Source of the DNA: Chrysemys picta bellii
Lineage: Eukaryota
NCBI RefSeq assembly: GCF_011386835.1
Contig: NC_088803.1
Span: 42,842,001 to 42,906,000 of the forward strand
Direction of reading: 5' to 3'
Length of the DNA stretch: 64,000 bases
Both the position numbers and the translations under genes were made by a program. Position 1 is the stretch's first letter; each line of letters opens with the position of its first letter. Positions 1 to 10,688 of this stretch are shown piece after piece. The notes below the pieces were generated by a model that saw nothing but the letters and a program-made list of their open reading frames with translations, made no database searches and was not told the origin of the DNA.

Positions 1-510
1 CCCTGGAGGAGCTAGACTGCTAGCTGTCTGTCTAACATTTTACTGAACTATCACTCCCTATAATTTACACTAGTGACAAAGCACATGTCAGCTTTAGAAT
101 AGAAAGGCCCTTTTGATTGATTTTACTTTGTAGACACTTTTTTTTTTTTTATGTCTGCTAGCTATTGCATTCAAGAAATTTCTTCAGTGTAGTTCTGTAG
201 CATTTCACCTCAGAGTGCTTCTGTTTGGCAAGCCTGCTGTATATCTTAGTGCTTTTAGGCTAGTAATTAAGCTCTAGCAACTCCAGAACTGTAGAGTGCA
301 TATTTTTAACTTCCTTTCCTTTTTCCTCAATTGAGCAAAGGTTGTTTAAGCTCCCCCTCCTCCCGTCTTTATATAGCTTTTCAGAGACATCTTATCTGTG
401 TACCTCACTTCTTTAGACAGCCTTCCCAACCAGGCTACCAAGATTAAAGTATATGTTGGTATAACTTAGGTCACTCAGGAGCGTGAATAAGCCACCCCTC
501 TTAGCAACAA

Positions 511-711
511 GTTATACCGACTTAAGCGCCAGTGTGGACAGTGCTATGTCGACGGGAGAGCTTCTCCCGCCGACATAGCTACCGCTTCTTGTGGAGGCTG
601 GAATAATTAAGTCGATGGGAGCGCTCTCTCCCATCAGCTTAGAGTGTCTATACTAGCAGCACTGCATCGGTGCAGCTATGCCGCTGTAATCTCTGTAGTG
701 TAGCCATAGCC
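511..711. mobile_element. Partial PIF/Harbinger-type MITE
   Basis: Right end agtgtagccatagcc; internal gtcgacgggagag/ctctcccatc symmetry; left end not seen. Confidence 0.65.
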
Positions 712-1264
712 TCAGGGATGTTAAATATTCCCCCCACTCCAGAACGTAGAAGACTAGAAAGTTTAAGGAACATTTAAAGGAGCAGTACAGACTTGTGCCA
801 TCTAAAACTAAGCACTGAGTGGGAGAAGTCCCCTTATATAATATTTGACAACAGGGTGTGTTTGTAAGGCCAATTCCTTTAATTGTTTCCTAATGTGTTG
901 CATAAGGGTCAGGATAAAATACAGAGACATGCAATTGACTTGCTGCTTTGAGAGGTTGGCGTGGCAAAGCATAAAAACCTGACCTGTAGATTCATATTGC
1001 AAGCTCCGCACATGTGATAGTCTGTAAGATGTCTTGGTTAGATATCAAGAAAATGCTTGGCACTGTACAAAAACTAGAGAGCCTGCCCTAATATCATATA
1101 AGTGACACAGGAGACTGGTTTGCCCAGGCCATCCCGAAAGAGTAACTTCACAAGATATTCCTACCTGCCTCCTTTAATTGAGGGTCAGGAGATAGTTGGA
1201 TTCCATTGTGTCTCTCCTGTTCTCTGGAAGCATATCTAAAAAACTAGTTTTAGATAAATTTTAC

Positions 1265-1456
1265 CTAAGATGAGACTGTATTTCTACTTCTCGCCGCAGC
1301 TGATGTTCTACTCCTGCTTTCTCCAGCTGTGTTTTAAACAACACCTTCAGCGCTAGGATAAATTTACTTTGCTTTTCACGAGCCAGATACACATTTCCAA
1401 ACTTTCCTTTCCCCAGGGGACGGCCAATTTCGAAGTCATCAAGACACCACTGCCTT
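1265..1456 (-). CDS. AURKA: Aurora kinase A, coding exon 4 (kinase N-lobe)
   Basis: 192-nt exon with atag/ acceptor and /gtaa donor; reads [63 protein letters not shown](R). Later exons lie outside the window. Confidence 0.98.
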
Positions 1457-2419
1457 CTATGAAAAAGTTAAATAGTTTTAAGTTGCTAGAAGTCAGACCA
1501 GGGACTAGAATTTCTTGATACATTGGGGTAACGTCCCAGAATAACTCCACATTTATACCAATTTAACCAAGATCAAAATCTGGCCCCAAGTATTCCCCCC
1601 CCCCCTCCTAGGGCCAGTCACCCAAGAAATGCAAACCTATCTTTTGGAAAAGGAACACGATATGTAAGGGTCAGTTCTCTTTTCAGACTTCTGTATCCAA
1701 ATCTTCAGTTGTGCAGGGAATAATGTACATGGCCAGATTGACTGTGCCGAGATAAAAGCATGCATGGACACAAATGCCCAATTTGTGCACACAAATCAAG
1801 GTGTGCACATATTAGTGGTTTGGATATACCAGAGTGTATGCACCTAATTTAGTATGCATGCTCTTGCAAGCTGAGCCATAACAACTCTGTCTTGCACATG
1901 CTATTAATACATTTTCTTCCTATGTTCATGTATATGTGCAGAAGATTTGAGTCTGGAAAGAGGCATTTTGCATTTAGTTTCAAAATATTATTCTTGTCCA
2001 GCTTCATGGAAAAAAATCCCATTAAGTTGTGGTTTTCCATACAAGGGAAAAAAAAAAATCTTTGCTCAGAATAGCTTCTTAAATAAAAAGCGTAGTTCTT
2101 TTTTGGCTAAAAAGTATGCAGATTTTCCTTTTTTAAACAACCTTCAAGAGCAAAGGCTTTCATAGTTTATCAGGTCATGAAACAGATTAAAGATATACTT
2201 TCATGAAGTTCTAGGATCTCATATTCATAGCTCCAAAATATTTTGTGGTATTTACAAATGCAGAGACAGCATTCCTGATAATGAATGGGCTACAAAACAA
2301 TAGTTGTGTATTAAGTCACAAAATATTTTGCATCCAGATTGCTATATTATTTAGTCCTAAATACAAAGAGTGAAACCCTGGCCCCACAACCATCAATGGC
2401 AACATACCCACGGACTTAC

Positions 2420-2474
2420 TTTTTAGTTTCTTCATTTTTCTGGACGGATGTCCCTTCTGCTTCAAGGTTTTTTG
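2420..2474 (-). CDS. AURKA: Aurora kinase A, coding exon 3
   Basis: 55-nt exon, gtgtag/ ... /gtaagt; reads (A)KNLEAEGTSVQKNEETK(K); phase 1 to 2 links the flanking exons. Confidence 0.93.
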
Positions 2475-2626
2475 CTACACATAAAAAGAATTGAACACCT
2501 TCATAACTATAGTTCATAAACACAACTGCCACTACTGTCTGAAAAAAATCATTTTGGAAGCAATCCGGTTCCCAAGTTTTGCATACAAGCCAGGCTCAGT
2601 CTTCAGGGACAGCCTGAACCTATTTA

Positions 2627-3297
2627 GGGCATGGCTACACTTGCAGATGTAGAGCACTTTGAGCTAAACCAGCCTTCGTAGAGCGCAGTAGGGAAAGTGC
2701 TGTAGTCTGTCCACACTGACAGCTGACAGCGCACCAGCATGGCCACGTTAGCAGCTCTTGCAATGGCCACGCATTGTGGTAGCTACCCCAGCATGCAAGT
2801 GGCTGCAACCTGCTTTTCAAATGGGGGGAGGGGTGACGGAGTGTGTTATGTGTATGTGAGGGGAAAGAGAGAGTGAGTTTTGGGGGGGCTGAGAGCATGT
2901 CAGCATGCTGTCTTGTAAATTCAGACAGCAGCAGACCTCCCCACCCACCCCAACAGCATTCCGTAGTAATGGTTGCTTTGTCTCGGAGCAGATAAGCATG
3001 CCGGCTGTCAAACGGAGCTTTCAAAGGGCATATCCAAAACAATGACAAGAGTGGCCACTTGACTTAAGGGGATTATGGGACCTTTCCAGAGGCTGATCAG
3101 AGCACCGTAATGCAACACCTCGTTCACACGGACGCTGGGGCGCATCAAATGTTATTCTACTCACCAAGGTGGAGTACCAGGAGCGCTGTAGCCATGGAGT
3201 CAAAGCGCTCTACGTGCCTTGCCAGTGTGGACGGGTAGTGAGCTAGTGCGCCCGGGGCTCCTTTAATGTGCTGTAACTCGCAAGTGTAGCCAAGCCC
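2627..3297. mobile_element. PIF/Harbinger-type non-autonomous transposon
   Basis: 18-bp TIRs gggcatggctacacttgc / gcaagtgtagccaagccc (1 mismatch); flanks tta / ttt. Confidence 0.8.
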
Positions 3298-3774
3298 TTT
3301 GTTTCTCCTACTGCAACCATTACCATGGTATCTGAGCATCAGTGACCACTATATTAGTCTCATATGAATAAACTACTAATCTGGCCTACGAAAGAGTAAG
3401 CAGCATCACATTAGTTAGTGCGTCACAGCTACAAGGGATTTTTTAATTCAGGAAAACTTTCTGTACAAGTCTGAAGTACCCTTCTAACTGGTCTTCCCAT
3501 TAGTAAAGCATTCTCTTGTAGATTGCAAGGTATTTTGGGCAGGGACTGTCTTTTTGTTCTGTTCTTGTACAGCACCTAACCCAGCTGAGTCCTGGTCCAT
3601 AATTAGGATTCTCAGGTGCTATGATAATAAAAATAATAGAAAAGGATTATGGCTCAAGGTGAAACTAGACAATCTCTTATGCATGCAGGAAGAATATATG
3701 CTGATTTAGTTAATATGCTGCAGTTGACTGCAGATTATTGAAGATGAAACATTTATTTGCACAGTTATATTTAC

Positions 3775-4063
3775 CAGATAGTGAGGTCTGTGGAGGTTCC
3801 TCGTTGTTTTTACTTGGAGCCTGAGGCCTAGAAATTGGTTGAACTAGAGAAGTTGGATGAGGCTGCTGCATCAGCTGGTTTTGAGACGGTTTCTGGTTTG
3901 ACAGCGCAGATTTTTGAGCCCGTGACTGTACAGGAACTCGCTGAGCCAAATTTGAAGGACACAAAATACGCTGTGCTTGAACTCCACCTCCAGGTACCCG
4001 ATTCTGAGGATGCTGCTGATGCACAGGGAGCCGTTTTGGACCATCCCCAATAGTGGGTAGAGT
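3775..4063 (-). CDS. AURKA: Aurora kinase A, coding exon 2 (N-terminal region with A-box)
   Basis: 289-nt exon, ttttag/ ... /gtaaat; reads TLPTIGDGPKRLPV...QAQRILCPSNLAQRVP...QTSLS; contains the RxLxPSN A-box. Confidence 0.96.
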
Positions 4064-4258
4064 CTAAAAAACCCAACACATTTAATTACAGTAGAGGCAA
4101 GTACAACATACTAGAAGTTCTGCTTTTCCTGTAGTTTATTCCTTGGTCCTGTCCACTTATTAATACAAGCAGGCAAGTGTTTTTTCCTACATGTGCATGG
4201 ACTAATTAGCTCCATTATACTCAATTAATATACCCATTAAGAGTTAAAAAAGGATGAT

Positions 4259-5260
4259 ATCATAAAATCATAGAATTGTCAGACTGAAAGGAACGTTGAT
4301 AGGTCATCTAGTCCAGTCCCCTGCACTGAGGCAGGACTAAGGCCTAGTCTATACTAGAGCTAGGTCGACATAAGGCAGCTCTCATCAACCTAACTCTGTA
4401 AGCATCTACACTAAAAGGTAGCACTGATGTCAGTTGCCCACTACGTCGACTTAATAACTCCACCTCCGTGAGAGGCGTAGCGCTTAGATTGATGAAGTTA
4501 GGTCGACGCAGCGTCCATGTAGACGCAGCGTTACTTACATCGCTGGGGGGCCCGGCTATCACTGTGCCATAATGCCACACACAGTTAAGCCGGTAGAAAG
4601 TGCTCCTGGTGAGGACGTGCACTGAGGACAGAAAGAGTACAGTGTGGACATGAAACACTGCTTTAATTACTGCAGTGGCTGTACATTGACTTAACTTGAG
4701 TCAACTTAATTTTATACTGTAGACATGCTCTAGGTATTATCTAGACCACCCTGACAGGTATTCTTGTTCTTAAAACCTGTTCTTAAAAGACAGAGATTCC
4801 ACAACCTCCCTAAGCAATTTGTTCCATTGTTTAACTACCCTTACAGTTAGGAAGTTTTTCCTAATATCTAACCTAAATCTCCTTTGCTTCAATTTAAGCC
4901 CGCTACTTCTTGTCCTGTCCTCAGTGGATAAGGAGAACAATTTATCACCCTCCTCATTCTAACTACCTTTTACACACTTGAAGACTTGTATCCCCCTCTC
5001 TTCTCTAGACTAAACAGGTCCAATTTTTTCAATCTTTCCTCATAGATCTATTTTCTATACCTTTAAACATTTTTATTGCTCTCCACTGGACTTTCTCCAG
5101 TTTGTCCCAAATTTGTCCACATCTTTCCCAAAGTACGATGCCCAGAACTGAACACAATACTCCAGCTGAGGCTTTATCAATGCTGAGTGAAGTGGAAGAA
5201 TTACTTCTTGTGTCTTGCTTGAAACATTCCTATCACTATATCCCAAAATGATGTTCACAG
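4259..5260 (-). mobile_element. CR1 LINE 3' fragment, interrupted by a MITE
   Basis: Reverse CR1 tail atcataaaatcatagaat; ORF2 remnant [26 protein letters not shown]. Confidence 0.9.
4341..4730. mobile_element. Harbinger-type MITE nested in CR1
   Basis: Ends ggcctagtctatact ... tgtagacatgctc; CR1 sequence resumes on both sides. Confidence 0.75.
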
Positions 5261-5599
5261 TCTTAGAGATTTAAAGACTCATATCACAATTCTGGCTGCC
5301 ACCCCACAAGAAAACAACATTTTAAGACTAACAGCATGCAGAAGCAGTCTGTAGAAGCTGTACAAGTTGTATTCCAGGTGGCTAAGTCTCCACAGCAGTG
5401 AGCTACTGACAGAGTAGCTTGGAGAATATTCCCTGTGTCAGAGTATAATACTTCAAGAAAAAAGGGGAACCTATTTGATGAAGAGTCAGCGATAATTATC
5501 ACTGATAATTTGTGGAGTGAACAAATAGAGCCTAATAGTCCTCGTATGATCAAGCCAAGTAAAATGCATTTGTCTAGTAAGTGTGCGAGACCACTTTAC

Positions 5600-5653
5600 C
5601 TTGACACGGTGACCAGGGAGCCCATTGTGGTTCTCTTTACCATTTTTCTCCAT
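5600..5653 (-). CDS. AURKA: Aurora kinase A, first coding exon (KEN box)
   Basis: Acceptor tatttag/GCAAT at 5658, ATG at 5653, MEKNGKENHNGLPGHRVK then /gtaaag in phase 0. Confidence 0.92.
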
Positions 5654-6304
5654 ATTGCCTAAATAGAGAACATTTAATTGCAGAGATATTTCATGTAGGG
5701 ACATTATTAATTATAAATATCTTATATACAGAGCACCCTCTCCTCATCACCCCTTGCATGTCTTCCTCATACCCCCACCCCTCGCACTCTGCTTTCCTCA
5801 TCCACACCCTATACCAACCTGCACCCCACTGCAGTGTTCATGCCTTCAATTCCCATCCCCAATGAAACCCGACACCACCATAGATGTATCCTTTAAAGTT
5901 GCGCCCCCCCTTCCTCCAGTACAATCCCCTGGCACTGTAACCGACACACATTATAACCCTCAAATCCCGCTCCCCCTGCAACCTTCTCCCCATTACAACG
6001 CTTCACCTCCCTGCAGATCCCGCTCACGAGCTGCCTCAAGTGCAACTGCACAGGCCTCATACTTCCCCGCCTGCTGCACCCCCCCCACGCGGTCCCCACC
6101 CGTGAAGCCCCCCTCCTGCTGCAACTCCCCACGCGCCCCCATCCACTCCTGCTGCAACCCCCCCCCACACACGCCGTCCCCACCTTGTAGCCCCCAAGTT
6201 CCCGTTGCAGCCCCGTTCCCACTAGAATCCTCATTCCCTACTCCACGCCTCAGCCCCTAGGCGACCCCCTTTCCAGATCCCCCACAGCCCCGTGTTCCCC
6301 TCAC

Positions 6305-6345
6305 CGTCACCACCCCGCTGGCCCCGACCGCCCGAGCTGTTTGAA
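6305..6345 (-). other. AURKA: Probable non-coding first exon of AURKA (proximal)
   Basis: Minus-strand donor ACG/gtgagg at 6305/6304, just downstream of CDE/CHR and CCAAT elements; the 5' end is estimated. Confidence 0.6.
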
Positions 6346-6396
6346 TTCAAACCGCCCTCTTAGGATACCCTTTAAACCGCCGCCGCTCTCCATTGG
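6340..6396 (-). promoter_or_regulatory. Tandem CDE/CHR-like elements plus CCAAT box (G2/M cell-cycle promoter)
   Basis: Minus strand: CCAAT (6396-6392), GGCGGCGG-TTTAAA (6384-6371), GGCGG-TTTGAA (6356-6346, within the palindrome TTTGAATTCAAA 6340-6351). Confidence 0.75.
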
Positions 6397-6571
6397 CCCT
6401 TCCCGAGCCCCGCCTCTGCCACCCGAGTCTCACCCCCGCCCGCCAGTGTTGCCAGGACACAGAAGGCTGAGACCCGCTGCACGCCCCTATCCGCCGCGTG
6501 GCCCCACTTCCAGCAACGGGCGATGCTGCCGCAGCACGGACGAGGCGTATGATCGCCAGTCACCCACCTAC

Positions 6572-6700
6572 CGAGGGGGGCTCCAGCCTCTCACAGCCTG
6601 TAACTGACGCACGTCTCCTCCACACACACACACACACCCTAGTAGGGGCAAGCGGCACCGTACAACAGATAATCAAACGATCTGCCGATGCTGATTTGAT
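6572..6700 (-). other. AURKA: Possible alternative upstream non-coding first exon of AURKA
   Basis: Minus-strand donor TCG/gtaggt at 6572/6571, downstream of the E-box/CCAAT/YY1 cluster at 6750-6945; the 5' end is estimated. Confidence 0.4.
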
Positions 6701-7399
6701 TTCTTTTCAGGCGCCCGCCCGCGGAGGCCCAGAATTGGCCTCTCGAGGCCACGTGACCAGGAAAGCAGCCAATTACTATCATCCGCTGATTTTTTAAAAA
6801 CAGAGGCAGATGATTGGCCTCCTGAGCCCACGTGATAAGGACAGCGGCCATTTTTGGCAAGCCTAAGGGCAGGGGAGGGATGCGACGGGTTTGCGAGATC
6901 ACGCTCAGGTCGACGGGGGTGGGGCTTCTTTTAAAATGGTCGTCGCTTCTCGCTGAGAGTCCGTTGGAAGCAACCATTTTAAAAGGAAGTCCTCTCCCCC
7001 CAATAAATCCTAGCTGGGGAAAACCACAAGCCCAAAGCCGCTTATGATAACTGCGTTGCCATGGGTGGGCGGCCTGGAATTACGCGATTTGCGTAAGGAA
7101 AGGCTCGACCAAGCAGAGACTTTGTAGCGGAAACTCCGTAATTGGCGCGTCGGTCTACGAAATTAGCGTAGGGAGGAAACAAGAGGCAGATGATACGTAA
7201 AGAACGCACGTAGCGGCGTTAATACCACGCTGGAGGCGGGAGGGCGCGGCAGGTAGCGGTCACGCATGCGCCCGAGACGTTGAGAGGCTCGCTCAGCAAC
7301 TAAAGGAACACTTGGGAACCAATCGGCGGGCGGCGCCGTTGAAGAGAAGCCAATCAGCAGGCATTCTTGTTCCTCACAGCCGGCCATTAAGGCCTGGCG

Positions 7400-8131
7400 C
7401 AGAGAGTGCGCACAGAGCCTGGGGGGGTGGGGACGGGAAGGACTTCAGGGGGTTGCCTTAGGAGGTGCTAACCCCCAGCTTCAGGCGGAGAGGGGTGGCT
7501 GGGCTGTTGCCTCGCGAGCGTGTCGCCCCTGCGGTCGCTGACGTGGGATCCGCGGCCGTTGCCACGGGCTGTGGCTCTGGAGCACAAACGTGAGTGGGAG
7601 CCGGGCCAGCGTGTCGCACCAGCGGTGACGTGTGGTCAGTGTCAGGGCCCACGGACGGTGGGCTGTCGAGCGCAGGGCCAGCGTGTCGCACCAGCGGGGC
7701 GTTGGGCGCTCGAGGACAAACGGGAGGGGGACATTGGGCAGTTTTGTTGTACTAGCAGCAAGGCGTCTCGCGTGGTGGCTCCCGTAGGACCCGGGCCGTC
7801 CAGCCCAATCGTGAAGGGGCTCTCGAGCCATTGTGTGATCCGTGGCCGCCGGGCCCGGCGCGAGGACGACTTGCGGCCTTGGAAGGAGGGAGCTAGAAAG
7901 CAACTCCCGTTGCCACCGCGCTCGTGAGGACAAGTGTGAAAGTGATCTCGGTGTGTGGGGCTGCGTGGCGGTGAGGCGTGATAGATGGCAGCGAGGACAG
8001 GTGTGAGGAGGATGTCAGGCCGTCGTGTTCCCTCAGCGTGTGATAGGCGTCCGCTTCCACGGGGCCTGAGTAACTTGGGCTCCCCCGCTCCTGAGCCACG
8101 GCCACTGCGGCTGCCTTTCCTTGAGACTGAG
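7400..8131 (+). other. Putative plus-strand first exon from CpG island 1
   Basis: Consensus donor GAG/gtgagt at 8131/8132; paired plus-strand CCAAT boxes 31 bp apart at 7319 and 7350; the start is estimated. Confidence 0.5.
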
Positions 8132-8369
8132 GTGAGTAGGGCCGTCTGTTGGGGGCGGGGGGGGGGGGGGTCTGTTCTCTTGGGCTAGGCCTTCAGCACT
8201 GCTGCTGAGGCACCCTGAAGTGCCTTGTCTGAACATGCCACTATGCTGTCTGCTAAATTCTGGAGTCATCCCAGAGGCCTGCAGCACCCAGCAGTGAGGC
8301 CTCGTGACTTTCAGTTCCATTTGCTTGCAGCGAGGCTTGGGGATGTGGGTGATTCTGGCGATGGCATGG

Positions 8370-8720
8370 TTTCTCAGCCCAGACCCACTAGAACCCAGCA
8401 GTCCTAATCCCCAGTCTCCTGAGATCCCACTGCTCTCACTCCAACAAAGGAATTGAACCCCGGAGTTCTGAATTTCAACTGTAGAGCCTATTAGGCTGCT
8501 CAGTGGCTAATCCCTTCCCAGGACCTTCTTTAATGTCCCAAGGAATACTGCCATTGATCTCTGTAGCCTCTATCATTTCTCTGCTTACCATGCTCTGAGC
8601 TAACCATTAGATCCTACTTCTGCTAGAGCTGGAAATAAATGAATTGTGCTCTCCTGGACTAGATTGCTGTTACCATTAGAATTCCCTGCGCTTCCAGACT
8701 AGGAATAGAACCTGCCTTTC
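8370..8720. repeat. Degenerate tandem array of tRNA/SINE-like units
   Basis: Recurrent agaacccag/ggaattgaaccc/gctaaccattaga/tagagctggaaata-type units. Confidence 0.5.
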
Positions 8721-9312
8721 CATGCTTCTAGTCCCCTTTCCTCCCCACAAAAAGTAGGCTTTTGCTAAGGGTTTGTATATGATCACACTTTCGTGGTGTG
8801 CATGCACAGGGTCACTCAGCTCATGGTAGTGAACCCTTGGTTGTTTAGCATGTACTCCCCATGCTCCTAGCACAATTTGCTGCTGATAGCCCTTACTGAC
8901 ATCTAGGTATTCTGTTATTGCACTGCCACAATTTGCTATCTCCATACTTCCCTGTCTCCTGGTCCAAAGTGGCCTATTGTGACTGAGGGGAGAACTCCCG
9001 TCACAATTTGCTGCCCCTGGACCAGATGATGGGAAGAATAGAGTTAGCAAATTGTGATGGCAGTGCCCCATCTGTCATAATTTTCTATCAGCAAACAAGA
9101 ATCACTTACTTTACAGGTCAATATTTAAAAAGATCTAAACTTTTATTTTTAGAAACAGAATTAACTTGTTTTTGTGACTTTAGCTAAGTGTACATTAAAA
9201 TTGAACTCCTCTATTTATTATTACTCATTTGTATTGATTGTCTGATTGCAAGAAAACCAAAATATTTATCTTTAAAAAATTATACAGTATATACATTTTG
9301 TAAACACCACAA

Positions 9313-9426
9313 CTATAATTGCACAAAGTTTGTATACTCTTTCTTTTTACTGCTCAGGATGTTTTTATTAGTTCCCTGTGGAAGGCAGAGCACATGTGCC
9401 CACCTCTTGCAGGAGTCACACTGTGC
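9313..9426 (-). pseudogene. Unannotated PHD-finger gene or relic, last exon (second half of PHD)
   Basis: Strong acceptor ttttttccatctattatttttcaaag/; reads AQCDSCKRWAHVLCLPQGTNKNILSSKKKEYTNFVQL*. QCDxCxxWxHxxC is a PHD signature. Confidence 0.75.
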
Positions 9427-9770
9427 CTTTGAAAAATAATAGATGGAAAAAAATGACACTAATTGTGCAAAATATAATTTCCGTTAACTCAAAATTGTAA
9501 AATATTTATTGAACTTCTGCTGTGATTTTTAACTTTCTAGCTACGTATCCGTAGTCAAGATATGACTATCTGCTGCAGTTGAAGTATTTATTAATGTAGA
9601 ATTATTACCACAATCCCGATCCTTATCCAGGTTATTCCATCTGATCTATATGTATCTGTCTAGATACTGGGCCATAACTTCAGTTCATGGCACAGGAACA
9701 GATCATATTCTGTTTACTTACCTGCTCAAACATATGGCATGTGTTTCTAATACAATTTTGTGTTGCTTAC

Positions 9771-9833
9771 CATTATGCAATCTTTGTTTTCCTTCTTGCA
9801 TATGACAAGGTTGCAGCAGTAGACTTCTGTGCT
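9771..9833 (-). pseudogene. Unannotated PHD-finger gene or relic, exon encoding first half of PHD
   Basis: 63-nt exon, attttgcatag/ ... ATG/gtaagc; reads STEVYCCNLVICKKENKDCIM in phase 0 and joins directly to AQCDSC. Confidence 0.72.
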
Positions 9834-10108
9834 CTATGCAAAATCAATATAATTTAATCAAATGATTTCCTAATTCTGAAAACTAGAAATAGAAATAGAT
9901 TGATTAATGTCACTTATTTCAAGAACTACATTAATGATTTGCAAATATTTTCCTTTGGGGGGGGTCATATTTAAATAATATTTGGTACCCTTATCTATTT
10001 GTCTTAAACTGTTAGATTGTAGATATAACTATATCCTACTGTATTTCAATGCTCTTTTGGTTTCAATTTTTTTTTTTACTTTTCACTAATTAAACACAAT
10101 ATTCATAC

Positions 10109-10149
10109 AGAGAACCCAGTTTCTTTCATTAGGGTACCAAATTTGTGAC
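10109..10149 (-). pseudogene. Putative upstream exon of the PHD-finger gene
   Basis: 41 nt, aaatag/ ... /gtatga; (G)HKFGTLMKETGFS, phase 1 to 0, stop-free in the chain. Confidence 0.45.
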
Positions 10150-10236
10150 CTATTTTAATAAATGTAGTAAAATAACTAATGACATTCCACTCTTCCTGTT
10201 TACCTTCCCATATACTCTGACCTCACTTGGAATATA

Positions 10237-10390
10237 CACCTCTACCTCGATATAACGTTGTTCTCGGGAGCCAAAAAATCTTACTGTGTTATATCGAACT
10301 TGCTTTGATCCACCAGAGTGCGCAGTCCCTCCCCCCCAGCACTGCTTTACTGCGTTATATCCGAATTTGTGTTATATAGGGGTAGAGGTG
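10237..10390. mobile_element. Tc1/mariner-type MITE
   Basis: TA TSD; TIRs cacctctacc / ggtagaggtg; same family as the copy at 55948-56146. Confidence 0.85.
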
Positions 10391-10406
10391 TATAACAAAG
10401 CTATAC

Positions 10407-10491
10407 CTGACCTTTTTCCATTAAGATAATTGCTTTTTTCCCCCCTGTATATACATAGGATATCTTTATGTTCAAAATATGATTCTACAAG
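10407..10491 (-). pseudogene. Putative upstream exon of the PHD-finger gene
   Basis: 85 nt, cattag/ ... CAG/gtatag; LVESYFEHKDILCIYRGEKSNYLNGKRS, phase 0 to 1. Confidence 0.45.
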
Positions 10492-10688
10492 CTAATGCAT
10501 TTTTAAAATAGAAAACTCATAACTAAGTAGTAGTTTGACATTAACTACTTTTAGGATGAGTGGCCCAACAGTTGGGCCCAACCACTAGTATCTTGTGTTC
10601 CACAATTTTTGTTTTCCAGAATCATAGTAGATTTTTCCTCCACTGAGAAACTGGAAGAATCTAAACTATAAAATAGCCAATAGCTTAC

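Larger units (their letters stand above)
6270..8160. promoter_or_regulatory. CpG island 1, likely bidirectional promoter
   Basis: CpG-dense; CACGTG at 6750 and 6829, CCAAT/ATTGG at 6769, 6813, 7319 and 7350, YY1-like GCCATTTT near 6847, NRF1-like CGCATGCGC 7263-7271. Confidence 0.85.

Noticed and set aside
3828-4079. ORFs 3828-4079(-) and 3835-4053(+)
   Set aside because: Alternative and antisense frames of AURKA coding exon 2; only the QRILCPSN frame fits the splice phases.
5754-6260. 168-aa proline-rich ORF
   Set aside because: By-product of C-rich low-complexity intron sequence.
7440-7500. Resemblance to telomerase RNA (GGGTTGC..., CTAACCC at 7468)
   Set aside because: The template would need CTAACCCTAA; no pseudoknot, CR4/5 or H/ACA features were seen.
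7481-7933. Long ORFs on both strands in CpG island 1
   Set aside because: No ATG start for the plus ORF, GC-rich DNA is naturally stop-poor, and no family is recognisable.
7930-8070. Possible C/D snoRNA (GTGAT...CTGA)
   Set aside because: No proper RTGATGA C box or terminal stem.
9102-9126. Minus-strand mini-exon ending AAA/gtaagt
   Set aside because: Weak pyrimidine tract and it lies beyond the predicted stop; could be chance or a UTR exon.
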